A DNA stretch of 63,995 bases, filler included, from Malassezia furfur (GCA_052055015.1; 15 parts of 15 records of this genome joined end to end with filler, not necessarily neighbours in it); one strand, 5' to 3'; positions 11,209 to 22,108 are shown, counted from the first letter of the whole stretch. The notes: generated by a model not told the origin, from the sequence alone. Numbers and translations are program-made.

Positions 11209-12801
11209 ATGTGCGGCATCGCCCTGGTCGGCGGACCGTGCGCGGCGCACGACGGCGTCGCGGCGTCGCTCGTGCGCGCGATCGCGCGGCGGGGTACGTC
11301 GCCCGCTCACCCAGGCCCGGACGCCCTCACGCACACCACCGTCCCGCTCGCCGCCCACACGGCGCACGTCGCCGCCTCCGTGCTCGGCCTGCGCGGCACC
11401 GGCCTCACACGGCAGCCGCTCCACCACGAGGCCGCGCACCTGCTCTTTGCGTGGAACGGCGAGGTGTTTGAAGGCGACCACGACCCCATCCCCCTGGCCG
11501 AGAACGACGCGGCGGCGCTCTTTTCGCGCATCCTCGCACACGGGCCCGACTGGGAGGCGGCACTCGTCGCGACGCTCGCGCACGTCGAGGGGCCGTACGC
11601 CTTCCTCCTCCTGGATGTACGTGCACACGCGCTCACACAGACCCTGCGCGGCCACGTCTGGTACGGCCGCGACCCGCTCGGCCGCCGCTCGCTCCTGCGC
11701 ACGCCCGTGCCGGGCTGCATAGCCTCGGTCGCGACGCCCGAAGCGATCGCCGCCGGCCTCGCCTTCGAGGAAGTGCCGTGCGCGACGCTCTGGCGCACGG
11801 ACCTCGTCACACACACGCCTGTCGCGCGCCATGCGCCGCTGACCGCGCGCCTCGTCGTATCGCCGGCCGTGCACGCCGACGACGACGACGCCGCCCTCGA
11901 TACCTTTGCGGCGCTCCTGAGCGCGAGCGTCGCTCGCCGCGTGTCGCACATCCGCTCCGCGCCCACGCAGCGCGCGGACTATGCGCACGTCGCCGTGCTC
12001 TTTTCCGGCGGCCTCGACTGCACGGTGCTCGCGGCGCTCGCCGACGCCCACGTCCCGGCCGCGCAGGCGATCGACCTGGTGAACGTCGCGTTCGAGAACC
12101 CACGCACGCTCGCGGCGCATGCGCGCGAGACGTACGTGGTGCCCGACCGCCTCACGGCGCGCGCCAGCGCCGCAGAGCTGCGCACGCGCGCGCCGCACCG
12201 CCGGTGGCGCCTCGTCGAGGTCGACGTGCCGTACGCGACGTACACAGCGCACCTCGACCACATCCGCACGCTCCTTGCGCCGTGCACGAGCGTGATGGAC
12301 CTGAGCATCGCCGCGGCGCTCTACTTTGCCGCGCGTGCCGAGGGGCACGCCGATGGCGCGGCGTACACGTCGCCCGCGCGCGTCTTCCTCTCGGGCCTCG
12401 GGGCCGACGAGCTTTTGGGCGGCTACGCGCGGCACCGGCAGGCGTTCCGCAGGGGGCACTGGGACGCCCTCTGCGCCGAGCTGCAGCTCGACCTCGACCG
12501 CCTGCCGACGCGCAACCTCGGGCGCGACGACCGCGTGATCAGCGACCATGGGCGTGAGGCGCGCTTCCCGTACCTCGCGCGGCCTGTCCTGGAGGCGGTG
12601 TGTGCGATGCCGCTCGCGACCAAGGCGGACCTCGCGCCGGGCACCGAGGGCACTGGCGACAAGCGCCTGCTCCGCCGCCTCGCGCGCCGCCTCGACATAG
12701 AGAGTGCCGCGCGCCTGCCGAAGCGCGCGATCCAGTTTGGCGCGCGCAGTGCCAAGCTGGACGCGGCCTCGGCGCGGCGCAAGGGCTCCGATGCCCTGTA
12801 G
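11209..12801 (+). CDS. ASNSD1: Asparagine synthetase domain-containing protein (ASNSD1/YML096W-like)
   Basis: MCGI start, WNGEVF, GRDPLGRRSLL, LFSGGLDC, SGLGADELLGGY, RNLGRDDR, KRAIQFGAR. Probable in-frame introns 11294-11314 (splicing restores RRGPD) and 11617-11640. Confidence 0.9.
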   Translation: MCGIALVGGPCAAHDGVAASLVRAIARRGTSPAHPGPDALTHTTVPLAAHTAHVAASVLGLRGTGLTRQPLHHEAAHLLFAWNGEVFEGDHDPIPLAENDAAALFSRILAHGPDWEAALVATLAHVEGPYAFLLLDVRAHALTQTLRGHVWYGRDPLGRRSLLRTPVPGCIASVATPEAIAAGLAFEEVPCATLWRTDLVTHTPVARHAPLTARLVVSPAVHADDDDAALDTFAALLSASVARRVSHIRSAPTQRADYAHVAVLFSGGLDCTVLAALADAHVPAAQAIDLVNVAFENPRTLAAHARETYVVPDRLTARASAAELRTRAPHRRWRLVEVDVPYATYTAHLDHIRTLLAPCTSVMDLSIAAALYFAARAEGHADGAAYTSPARVFLSGLGADELLGGYARHRQAFRRGHWDALCAELQLDLDRLPTRNLGRDDRVISDHGREARFPYLARPVLEAVCAMPLATKADLAPGTEGTGDKRLLRRLARRLDIESAARLPKRAIQFGARSAKLDAASARRKGSDAL

Positions 12802-12839
12802 CGCCGTGGTCTGTGCGGCTTCTTATTTCCCCTCCACCC

Positions 12840-13218
12840 ATGCTCCTCGGAAGAACCGCCGGCTGCCTGCGCACGCCGTGGGCCGCGCGCCGCACCGCCG
12901 CGCTGCCGCCGCGCACGCCGTGGGCGTGTGTGCCGCGCGCGCTCGTGCCGCGCGCCTACTCGACCCCCCCGGCCCGCTCGAGCAGCATCGCCGCGCAGTA
13001 CATCGGCCCGATGCGCACGGCCTACTACCGCCTCAAACTCTTCTCGCTGTCGTCGCTGAGTGTCGCCGCGATCTTTGCGCCGATCTTTGTCCTGTATCCG
13101 AGCAAGCTCGAGATGGCCGCGCGCCTCGGCATCAGCCTCACGACGCTCGGGGCGAGCTCGGCCAGCACGGCGCTGATCTCGTGGATCGGCTCGCCGTACG
13201 TCGGGCACATGACGCTCC
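12840..13218 (+). CDS. TMEM70-family mitochondrial inner-membrane protein, 5' fragment
   Basis: Arg-rich presequence, then YIGPM..LKLFSLSS, two hydrophobic helices and PYV. Confidence 0.6.
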
Positions 13219-13318
13219 NNNNNNNNNNNNNNNNNNNNNNNNNNNNNNNNNNNNNNNNNNNNTTAATTAATTAANNNNNNNNNNNNNNNNNNNNNNNNNN
13301 NNNNNNNNNNNNNNNNNN

Positions 13319-14112
13319 GCGCCCCGCGCCCGCGCATGCCGCCGCGCGCGCCCCGCACCGCAAGCATCGGCGGCATCGGCGGCAGGGGGGGCATCGGCAG
13401 CCCCTCGGGCAGCTGCCCCGAGGCGATCATCTGCTGCATGTGCTCCATGGCCATGGCCATCTGCTCCGGCGCCCACGGCACGTCGGGCGGCGGCAGGCCG
13501 GGGATCGGCGGCATGGGCGCCGTGATGCGGTCGTCCGAGTGGACAAACTTGCACTGGTTGCCGCGCGAGCAATAGCCCATGGCTGGGTGAGCGGTCCAAG
13601 ACGTACTGTGGTAGTCGCGGCACCAGCCCTTCGGCACGGCCTGGCGCGCGTTGCGCCGCGGGCGCGCGTGCACGGGCGGTGCGTTGCTCATCGGCATGCC
13701 CTCGGGGTTGTCGGGCAGCTCGTCGGCCATGCGGTCGTCGGCGTGCGCACTGGGTTCGTACGCCTGGCGCTTGGGCACCGCGCCGGCCTCCTCCACCTCG
13801 ACGTCCGCGGCGTCGTCGGTGGCCGCGCGCTTGCGCGCGTCGGTGCGGTACGCGCCGGACTTGAGCGTGTGGTACGCCTTGTTGACGAACGCCTCGGTTT
13901 CTGCGTGAGCTTAGGGGCACAGACGTACGGTCTTCGAGAAAGTCGACGAGCTGCTCGTTCATCATCGTGAGCAGCTCCTGCTCGCTGGTATCGTACTTGA
14001 ACAGCGCAAGCACATAGTCTGCGAGCACATCGGGGTCCGCGTCGCTGAGCGGCTCGAGCTCGGTGAGGAGCCACTGCTTGACCGCCTCCGCGTCCTCCTG
14101 TGGAAACAGCAT
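13319..14112 (-). CDS. RBM26/27 (Rmn1)-like PWI + CCCH zinc-finger RNA-binding protein, 5' fragment
   Basis: PWI domain (LEPLSDADPDVLADYVLAL). Splicing 13583-13606 restores C-x8-C-x5-C-x3-H; a further intron lies at 13901-13928. Confidence 0.85.
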
Positions 14113-14286
14113 CGCTCCCGCCAAGGTCCGCGCGCGCGTCGCGCGTTAGTCAGCATCCCGCCACGTGGTCAATGCACGTGATGTGATACAGTTTTGGCGG
14201 CGCCGTTTTGCGCGTGCGCACCGCTCGTTCCTTCGTCACGCCCTCTAGCAACGTACGTGGGACGGGCACGTTCTTACCGCAGAGTC

Positions 14287-14868
14287 ATGGGTCGCTACTC
14301 CGAGTTTATGGTCATCGGTCGGCACCTGCCCACGGAGCGGGAGCCGAACCCCACGCTGTACCGCATGCGCCTCTTTGCGCAGAACGAGACGGTCGCCAAG
14401 TCGCGTTTCTGGTACTTCGTGCGCCGCCTGCGCAAGATGAAGAAGGCCACCGGTGAGATTGTCACGGTGAACAAGGTACGTCGCCGCCGCGCCGCTCACA
14501 CCGCAGATCGAGGAGAAGAAGCCCATGAAGGTCAAGAACTTTGCCATCTGGCTCCGCTACAACTCGCGCTCGGGCACGCACAACATGTACAAGGAGTACC
14601 GCGCGCTCAGCCGTGCCGAGGCCGTGGAGTCGATGTACCAGGACATGGCCGCGCGCCACCGTGCCCGCTTCGGCTCGATCCACGTACGTATTGCCGAGCC
14701 CCGCTGACCCTCCAGATCCTCAAGGTGGCCGAGATCGAGAAGACGGCCGACATCCGCCGCCCTTACATCAAGCAGCTCACCGCCAAGAACCTGCGCTTCC
14801 CGCTGCCGCACCGCCGCAGCCGCGCCGCGGGCATCTACGCCGGCAAGCGCCCCGCCACGTTCTACTAA
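14287..14868 (+). CDS. RPL20: 60S ribosomal protein eL20
   Basis: [38 protein letters not shown]; introns 14476-14506 and 14684-14715, plus 5'UTR intron 14253-14282. Confidence 0.97.
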   Translation: MGRYSEFMVIGRHLPTEREPNPTLYRMRLFAQNETVAKSRFWYFVRRLRKMKKATGEIVTVNKVRRRRAAHTADRGEEAHEGQELCHLAPLQLALGHAQHVQGVPRAQPCRGRGVDVPGHGRAPPCPLRLDPRTYCRAPLTLQILKVAEIEKTADIRRPYIKQLTAKNLRFPLPHRRSRAAGIYAGKRPATFY

Positions 14869-15119
14869 GCGTGGGCGTTGGTTTCTTCTTGGTGTCGTGG
14901 ACATCGCGTCCAGACGTCGGGTGGGCCTTGTTTGCAGCCTGACATGTACCTAGCGTCTGGTGAAAAACAGCATTGACTTGCTTGTATCTGAATAGGAGAG
15001 AGTGAGCACGCCGTGCAGCGAGGCGAGCGAGGGACTCGGGGGTGCGCTACGGTCGAAGACTTGACGGCGCTGGCCGAGTGGAGCTTTGGGATACCAGGGC
15101 ACCTAGGTAGGACACGTGG

Positions 15120-15375
15120 GGGAGCCTGGCTGGGGGTCTGGCTGGGAGCCTGGCTGGGAACCTGGCAGAGGGTCTGGCTGAGGGCCTGACTGAGGGCCTG
15201 ACTAGGACCCTGGCTGAGGCCCTGGCTGGGGCCGTGGTTGGGGGCCTGAGGCTCTGGCTGGGGATCTGGCTGAGGCCCTGGCTGAGGCCCTGGCTGAGGG
15301 TCTGGCTATAGGTCTGGCTGGGAGTCTGGCTAGGAACCTGGCTGAGGGTCTGGCTGAGGGTCTGGCTGGGAGCCT
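15120..15375. repeat. Degenerate 12-bp tandem repeat (consensus about CTGGCTGAGGGT), roughly 20 units
   Basis: Directly visible 12-bp periodicity. Nearby are further short repeats: GAGGAGCCTAGCACGGGG x2 near 15465-15500, GGCACTG/GGCTGG runs at 15595-15670, and CCTG/CCTGC runs at 15810-15910. Confidence 0.85.
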
Positions 15376-15975
15376 CTGGGTCTTCCAGGCGGCCAGGTAG
15401 TAGGGCAGGCGCTGGGGCACTTGGACGGGCACTGGCACCTGGATCGACCTTGGGTAGCCTGGGAGAGGAGCCTAGCACGGGGGAGGAGCCTAGCACGGGG
15501 GAGAGGGAGTTTGGCACACCAGAGGACCTATGTAGGCTGCTAGGGACGGCACAGAAGCCGAGGCAGGTGCCGAACCTGGCACCCGCTGCGCTCGCACTGC
15601 GCTGGCACTGGGTTGGCACTGGCTGGCACTTGGCTTTGGGCTGGCACCAGGCTGGCTTGGGGCTGGCACCAGGCCTAGTAGGGCCTGACTCAGGAGGCGT
15701 CCGACGCAGGTCCTGGATGGGCGCCGTAGGTCCTAGAGCAGGCGAGAGGCCGGCCGCCTGGCTGGTGCTGCTGACGGGTCGGTCTTGGCGAGCGAGAGCA
15801 AGTAGCCCCGGCCTGCCCTGCCTAGCTGGGGCCTGCCTGCCCTGCCTGCTCTGCCTGCCTGCCCTGCCTGCTCTGCCTGCCTGCCTGCCCTCCCCCTGCC
15901 CTCCCCTGCCCAAGCACCTGCGCTACCCTTCCGGTCCCTGGCCTCCACTCCTATGCTCCTCAGTCTCACCCTGCT

Positions 15976-17634
15976 CTACACCTCTACGTCGCTACGCATC
16001 TTGGCCAGCGCGCCCCGGATCTCGAGACTTGCCCAGTCCGGCCCCGTGGCCGGCCCGTCGGCGAGGCGCTCGAGCGCCGCGCGCCGCTTTTCCTGGATGT
16101 AGGCCAGCTGATTCCGAAAATGCTGCTGCACGGCGTCCGGCGCGGCCGGCACGTCGTCGGGCGCGGCGTGCGCCTTGCGGTGCTCGCGCGCGAGCGTCTT
16201 GAGCCCCTCGGCAATGAGGTCCACGAGCGAGTTGATGTAGCGCGTCGTGACGGCCTCGACGCCCTGCTCAAAGTAGTACAGGTACTTGCTGAGCGCATGG
16301 CAAAAGATCTCGAGGGTCGCGTGCTCGTCGATGCACCCGTTCGCGATGCGCAGCGTCTTTTGCAGGCACTCGAGCACGCGGCGCCCGTCGTGGACGAGCG
16401 GGTGCGTCGGCGGCGCCGCAGCGTCCTTGGGCAGCGGCACCTGCCACCACAGGTGGCTCGCCATCATCACGGCGGCCGCCTGGTGCGGGCGCTTGAGCAG
16501 CTTCGCGCTGTACAGCGCGGCCTTGGTGATGAGCGTGTCGTAGTTGTCCGGCCCAAACACGCGCGACTTGTACAGCGTGCCGATGATCAGGCCGATCGCC
16601 TGCAGCTGGGCGCGCGAGTCGGAGATGGACTCCTCGTAGATCGTGAAGCTCTGCACGTAGAACTCGTACGCCTGCTCCTCGCACCCCGCGTCCGACGCCA
16701 CCTCGGCCGCGAGCAGGCACAGGCGCAGGCTCAGCTCGGCGGCCTCCACCTGGTGGTACAGCGTCGCGGTGAGCTGGTGCACGAACGCGAGCAGCGTCGC
16801 CATGTGCGCGGCGCCGTCCGCGGTGCGGTGCTGCGTGCGCTGGTAGCGCCGCGCGAGCGCCAGCGCGTCGGTGATCAGCGGCGGGAAGGTGAAGCGCACG
16901 CCGTCCGCGCCCTGCGCGAGGTGGCGGCGCAGGATGTGGAGGAGGCACAGCTGCGTCGCGGGCGCCGGGTGGCGGAAGAGGTGCACGAGGCGCGCGAGGG
17001 CGCCCTGGCGCTCCGCGACCTCGTCCATGTGGGAGGCGAGCGCGGGCGGGTACAGGCCCTGCTGCGCGTGGGCGAGCGCCTGCGCGGGCGGCAGCCCTGC
17101 CTGCAGCGCCGCCTGCTGCGCGGCGGTCGCCAGCCCGGCGGCCGAGACGTCGGGCGCGTCGCGGATCAGCGTCGCGCACAGCGCGAGGATGCCCTCGGCG
17201 TCGGCCGGCGACGCAATCACCGTGTGGTTGCGCAGCATCGAGCGCACGATCGCCTGGGCGATCGCGTGCTGCGTCAGCGGCGGCTGCTCGGCCCAGAGCG
17301 TGTGGAAGTGCGGCAGGGCGAGCAGGGTGCGTGCGCCGGCGTACGAGTGAAGCGGCGCGAGGAGCAGGGCCTGGAAGTGTGCGTGGCTCGCGACAAAGTG
17401 GGCGTTGGTCTCGCTGGCGGCCTCGACAAAGAGCTCGTGGGCGAACTGGAGCACCTGGTCGACGTACGTCAGGCGGTCCGGGTAGCAGTTGAGCGACAGG
17501 TCGAGGAGCGCGAGGAGCAGCGCCGACTTGTCGTGGATCGACAGGTCGGGGCGGGCGCGCATCAGGAGGACGATCTGTTCCCAGAAGACCTCGAAGAGGG
17601 GGACGTCTTCGGGGATGCCGCGGAAGGTGCGGGG
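15976..17634 (-). CDS. VPS35: Retromer subunit Vps35, 3' part
   Basis: YPDRLTYVDQVL, AYEFYVQSFTIYEESISDSRAQ, NYDTLITKAALYSAKLLKRPHQ, RVLECLQK. Confidence 0.95.
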   Translation of the reverse strand, partial: PRTFRGIPEDVPLFEVFWEQIVLLMRARPDLSIHDKSALLLALLDLSLNCYPDRLTYVDQVLQFAHELFVEAASETNAHFVASHAHFQALLLAPLHSYAGARTLLALPHFHTLWAEQPPLTQHAIAQAIVRSMLRNHTVIASPADAEGILALCATLIRDAPDVSAAGLATAAQQAALQAGLPPAQALAHAQQGLYPPALASHMDEVAERQGALARLVHLFRHPAPATQLCLLHILRRHLAQGADGVRFTFPPLITDALALARRYQRTQHRTADGAAHMATLLAFVHQLTATLYHQVEAAELSLRLCLLAAEVASDAGCEEQAYEFYVQSFTIYEESISDSRAQLQAIGLIIGTLYKSRVFGPDNYDTLITKAALYSAKLLKRPHQAAAVMMASHLWWQVPLPKDAAAPPTHPLVHDGRRVLECLQKTLRIANGCIDEHATLEIFCHALSKYLYYFEQGVEAVTTRYINSLVDLIAEGLKTLAREHRKAHAAPDDVPAAPDAVQQHFRNQLAYIQEKRRAALERLADGPATGPDWASLEIRGALAKMRSDVEV

Positions 17635-17734
17635 NNNNNNNNNNNNNNNNNNNNNNNNNNNNNNNNNNNNNNNNNNNNTTAATTAATTAANNNNNNNNNN
17701 NNNNNNNNNNNNNNNNNNNNNNNNNNNNNNNNNN

Positions 17735-18612
17735 CCACGCCTCGCGCAGCGCCGCGCCCGGCGCGCCGCGGAACGCGTCGAGGTCGAGGTACGCCGCGGC
17801 GCACGAGCGCTCGCCGCTCGCGCCGCGCACCATGTGCTTCAGCACGGTCCACGCCTCGAGCAGCGCGCGCTTGCGGCTCGCGTCCTGCACCATGCTCTCG
17901 ACCGTCTCCATGAACGCGTGCACGACGGGCGTCGGCTCGTGCTCGGCGCGCGCGCGGTTCATGCGCGCGACGACCGTGTCGTAGCGCACCATGCGGCCGT
18001 GCAGCAGCGCGGCGTTCGGCGTGTCGTCGGCGATGCTTGCCTGCGTCGCGGCGGCGCCGGCCGAGCGGCGCAGCAGCGCGCTCGCCTCGTGTGCGTCCGG
18101 CTGGTGCTCGCCGAGCTCCTCGACGAGGCGCCGCTTTTGCCGCTGCCAGTCGTGGTGGAGCGTGTCGCCCAGGCGGCGCTGGAAGTCGTCGAGCGTCTCG
18201 CGGCGGCTCTCCTCGATCATGCTCAGGATGACTTGCTCGTGCTCGTGCCGGTTGAAGCCGTCCAGGTCCGTGTCGTACACGGGCTGCAGCGGCTCAAACG
18301 TGTTGGCGATGTTGGTGTGCTCGATCGCATTGGTGAGCTGCACCGCATCGATGCCGCCGCTGGCGAGCAGATAGTGCCTGGCGTCAGTGGCGGGGGTACG
18401 TACGCGCGCGCGTCCGCGGCCGGCGTGCCGTTGCGCACGCTCTTGCTCGCGAGCTTGCGGCTCTGGCTCTCGATCTGGTCGATGCCGAGCTGGATCGACG
18501 GCAGGTCCGAGTCGCGGCCCAGCTGGTTCGTCAGCTTGCGCGACTGCTGCAGAATCTCGGAGAGCGACAGGCCCGCGGGGCCCGCGCCGCTCGGCCCAGC
18601 AAATCCCTCCAT
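17735..18612 (-). CDS. NIC96: Nucleoporin Nic96/Nup93, 5' fragment
   Basis: DLPSIQLGIDQIESQSRKL..AHYLLASGGID..TFEPLQP..DTDLDG; 26-nt intron 18378-18403. Confidence 0.88.
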
Positions 18613-18656
18613 GCTCGCCGCGACCAACGTCCGTTCGTCGCCCGTTCTGCACGTGA

Positions 18657-19483
18657 CTATGAACGATTCCACGCGACGAGCGCGTCGAGCGTCACGCCGT
18701 GCCCGCCAAAGATGTCGAGCGCGCTGCCAAACGTCAGGTCGACCTTGCCGTGCGACAGCCGGTTGACGAGCTCGAGGTCCTCGATATCTGCGTGCGTCAG
18801 TCGTCGCGCATACGTACGCCGTGCGCCGCCCGCATACGTCGTCGGGATCGACACCCACTCGCCGAGGCGCGTCACAAGCTGCTCGTCGATGCCCTGGCAC
18901 AGGCCCTCGACGTCCGCCGCATGGATCAGTAGCTCGCTGTGTAAGTAGAACGCGGCACGCACCTGCAGTGCGCCGACACGAGGTCGAGCGTCTCCTGGCT
19001 CAGCACCATGTCCGTCAGGTCCTGCCACCGGTTCATCGCGACGACCCACTCGTCGCCCCGCCGCCGGCAGCTGATGTCCACCACGAGACGCTCCTTGCCC
19101 ACTGCCGCCTCGAGCTCCAGCAGCCGCTCGAGCGAGAAACGGCACGCAGGGAACAGGTACGAGGTGACAATCACCTTTTCTGCGCCGCGCTCGATCCACG
19201 CGCGCGCATTCTCGCCCGTGATCCCACCGCCAACGTGCAGGCCGTTGGGCCACGCGGCCAGCGCCTCCTCGGCCGCGGCGTCGTTGCCCGGGCCGAGCTT
19301 GATGACGTGCCCGCCGCGCAACGCATGGTCCGCGTACAATTTGGCGTAGTACGCGGGCGGGTGCTTCGCGACAAAGTTGGTGCGCAGCGTCGACTCGTCC
19401 TGCTGGAGCGTGCCGCCCACAATCTGCTTCACCTCGCCGCCATGCAGGTCAATGCACGGCCTAAACTGGCTCCGTGACCCCAT
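18657..19483 (-). CDS. HIS6: ProFAR isomerase (histidine biosynthesis)
   Basis: [46 protein letters not shown]; introns 18937-18962 and 18788-18817. Confidence 0.95.
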
Positions 19484-19519
19484 CGCGCCGGCGGGTGGTG
19501 TCACGTGTTCACTCTCGCG

Positions 19520-20557
19520 ATGACCCCTTGGACGCTGGCGGTCCGGCCGCGCGCCGTGCCGCGCGCCGCGCTTGGCGTGCGTGCGAGCACGTCGGGCGCC
19601 GAGAAGCGTGCCGGACGTACGCGCGAGTCGCTGCTACGCCGCTCACTCGCGCCCCTGTCCCCTCCGACCCCGCCACCGTCGAAAAAGACGTACAGCCCGT
19701 GGGCCGTGTCGCTCATCAAGGGCACGGGCCGTCTGCTGGGCTACAACTTTGTGCGCAGCAAGGCCATCAAGGTCACGGGCGATCTGTACGACCGTGCCGC
19801 GCAACGCGCGCACGCAGAGGCACACTTCTGGTACAAGGAGTGTGCGTTGCCCGTTTCCTTCCAGACGTGGTTCCAGCTGACCAACCTGCACGTCTTCCTG
19901 CTGCTCAGCCGCTTCCGTGCGCTGCCCAAGGCCGAGGCGCGCACCTATGCGCAGGAGCTCATCAACCACTTTTTCATCGACACCGAGTCGCGCATGCGCG
20001 AGCGCTTCGGCGTGCAGACGTCGCGCCTCGTCAAGGGCTACTTGAAAGACCTGCACATGCAGCACCGCGGCTCCATGATTGCCTACGACGAGGGGCTTGC
20101 AACCGACGACGTGCGCCTCTCGGGTGCCGTGTGGCGCAACGTGTGGGGCGGTGGCTGGGGCACCATCGCGGGCGTCAAGCGCAAGACGTCGATCGACCGC
20201 AAGCGCCGCGGCGAGGACCCTAACGAAGAGGGTCTCCCCGAGCTCGCCGTGGACAAGGAAGACCCCGGCTTGGCGCCCGCACCGCTCAACAGCGAGATGG
20301 AGGAAGACCGCGCAATCCGTGCCGAGATCCTCTTTCCCCAGCACCTCGAGCGCGTGACGCGCTGGCTGCGCCGCGAGATTTACCGCCTCGGCCACCTGCC
20401 CGACCAGGCGATCCTCGACGGCGACGTGCACGCGGTACGCAACGTGCCGATCGAGAACCAGCCATCGATGGCGACGCCCGTCGACGCGGCGTCTACGCGC
20501 GGCGCCGCCGGCAGCGGGCAATCGATGCCGGTCGTCTCGGCATACACACGTATCTAG
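19520..20557 (+). CDS. CBP3: Ubiquinol-cytochrome c reductase assembly chaperone Cbp3/UQCC1
   Basis: SFQTWFQLTNLHVFLLLSRFR, AYDEGL..DDVRLSGAVWRN. Confidence 0.9.
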   Translation: MTPWTLAVRPRAVPRAALGVRASTSGAEKRAGRTRESLLRRSLAPLSPPTPPPSKKTYSPWAVSLIKGTGRLLGYNFVRSKAIKVTGDLYDRAAQRAHAEAHFWYKECALPVSFQTWFQLTNLHVFLLLSRFRALPKAEARTYAQELINHFFIDTESRMRERFGVQTSRLVKGYLKDLHMQHRGSMIAYDEGLATDDVRLSGAVWRNVWGGGWGTIAGVKRKTSIDRKRRGEDPNEEGLPELAVDKEDPGLAPAPLNSEMEEDRAIRAEILFPQHLERVTRWLRREIYRLGHLPDQAILDGDVHAVRNVPIENQPSMATPVDAASTRGAAGSGQSMPVVSAYTRI

Positions 20558-20573
20558 ACTTAGTTGCTATCCG

Positions 20574-21995
20574 CTAGGGATGCGCGGATGGCTCCGGCGC
20601 CGTGCTTGGCTCGGTGGCCGGAATGGACTCCCCCACCGTGGGCAGCACGGCGTTGGAGAGCGGCGAGGGCACCGGTGGCTGCGCCTGTGCGGTGGGGTTG
20701 CCAATGATGTAGCGCAAAATATCCGACAGGCACAGCAGCCCCACGAGTTTGCCCTTGGGCCGCGTACGCAGCCCCTCCTCCTCCATCGAGGTGGTCGAGT
20801 CACGCCGCGATGGCGCGGGCAACGAGGCGCTCGAGCTGTGCGACGAGTCCGGCTCGTCGTCGAGCACCAGCATACGGTGCATGCGCCGCGTCTTGAGCTG
20901 CGCAAAGACGTCCGCCAACGAGTCCTGCGACGAGCAGCACGACACGCCGACGTAGTCGGCGGGCCGCCGCTCGAGCGCCTGCTGGATGGTCAGGTCGAGC
21001 TGGTAGTATGCGCCGGTGCGCACGAGCGTAATGACGTCGACCGACTCGTAGATGTCGACCACGTCGCCGTCCTCGTCGAGGATCGGCACCGCGCTGATCC
21101 CCTTCTCGGAGAAGATGTGCACAATGTCCGACACGGGCGTGTTGAGCGACGCGGTTTGGATCGGCCAATAGGGCCCCGCGTCCGGCGGCGGCGGAGCGCC
21201 CATCTTGAGGCGCGCAAGCGGCGTCCGCTGCCGCCGCTTTCGTATGTGCTCGTAGGTGTACGTGCCGATACCAAGTGATCCGATGCTTGCACGCAGCCCG
21301 CTTGTCTCGTGGCAGTTCATCGCGATAAACTTGAGCAGGCGGTACTGCGTCAGGACGCTCACCACTGTCTCCACGCCGAGGTCCTCGTCGTAGTCGAGCA
21401 GCGGGATGCGCCGCGCATGCGTGCGCACAAGCAGCTCGCCGGCCTCGGCCAGCGAGCGCAGCGGGGCGATCCACAGCAGCGGCGGGGGTGGCACTTTGAG
21501 CGTCTCTTCGATCTCGCGCAACCGCTCGAGCCGCAGCGTCTCGACGTCGAGACTCGCAGAGACGTAGTTTGATGCGGTAAGGTAGTAGTACTGAATGAGA
21601 TGGATGATATCGTGCACCGTGATCATCCCGGAGAAGCCCGGGCGCCCATCGGCGCGACTCGAGTACGCCTCGTTCCGCGGCCGCTCCGTCTGTTCGTCGT
21701 CCGACAGCGTCGACCGCCATAGCGGCGCGGAAACCACACCTGACTGGAACATGACATCGAGTGCCGACTTGATCGTGAGCTTCGTGTCGAGCACCACCAG
21801 GCGAAACGACACGGGCAGCACGTCGTAGCTGCTGCGCGTGCGCAGAAAGTGCCGAATCGCGTGCAGCGCGTGCAGATGGTGGTTTTTCATCTGTGCGATG
21901 CGCCGATCATTGCGGCGACTGGGCCACGACGAGAATGCGGGGCTGCCTGATGGCGTGCTCGCACCCGCGTCGCTCTTCCGACGCTCGCCCAGCAT
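20574..21995 (-). CDS. SNF4: AMPK/Snf1 gamma subunit (CBS domains)
   Basis: SYDVLPVSFRLVVLDT, VSAPLW, VSVLTQYRLLKFI, ISAVPI, LSDILRYI. Confidence 0.93.
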   Translation of the reverse strand: MLGERRKSDAGASTPSGSPAFSSWPSRRNDRRIAQMKNHHLHALHAIRHFLRTRSSYDVLPVSFRLVVLDTKLTIKSALDVMFQSGVVSAPLWRSTLSDDEQTERPRNEAYSSRADGRPGFSGMITVHDIIHLIQYYYLTASNYVSASLDVETLRLERLREIEETLKVPPPPLLWIAPLRSLAEAGELLVRTHARRIPLLDYDEDLGVETVVSVLTQYRLLKFIAMNCHETSGLRASIGSLGIGTYTYEHIRKRRQRTPLARLKMGAPPPPDAGPYWPIQTASLNTPVSDIVHIFSEKGISAVPILDEDGDVVDIYESVDVITLVRTGAYYQLDLTIQQALERRPADYVGVSCCSSQDSLADVFAQLKTRRMHRMLVLDDEPDSSHSSSASLPAPSRRDSTTSMEEEGLRTRPKGKLVGLLCLSDILRYIIGNPTAQAQPPVPSPLSNAVLPTVGESIPATEPSTAPEPSAHP

Positions 21996-22108
21996 GGCTC
22001 CCCGACCCNNNNNNNNNNNNNNNNNNNNNNNNNNNNNNNNNNNNNNNNNNNNTTAATTAATTAANNNNNNNNNNNNNNNNNNNNNNNNNNNNNNNNNNNN
22101 NNNNNNNN

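Noticed and set aside
14940..15975. Centromere or protein-coding gene in the CpG-poor island
   Set aside because: Described Malassezia centromeres are AT-rich troughs, whereas this region is GC-rich; the ORFs lack ATG starts and simply reflect 12-bp periodicity.
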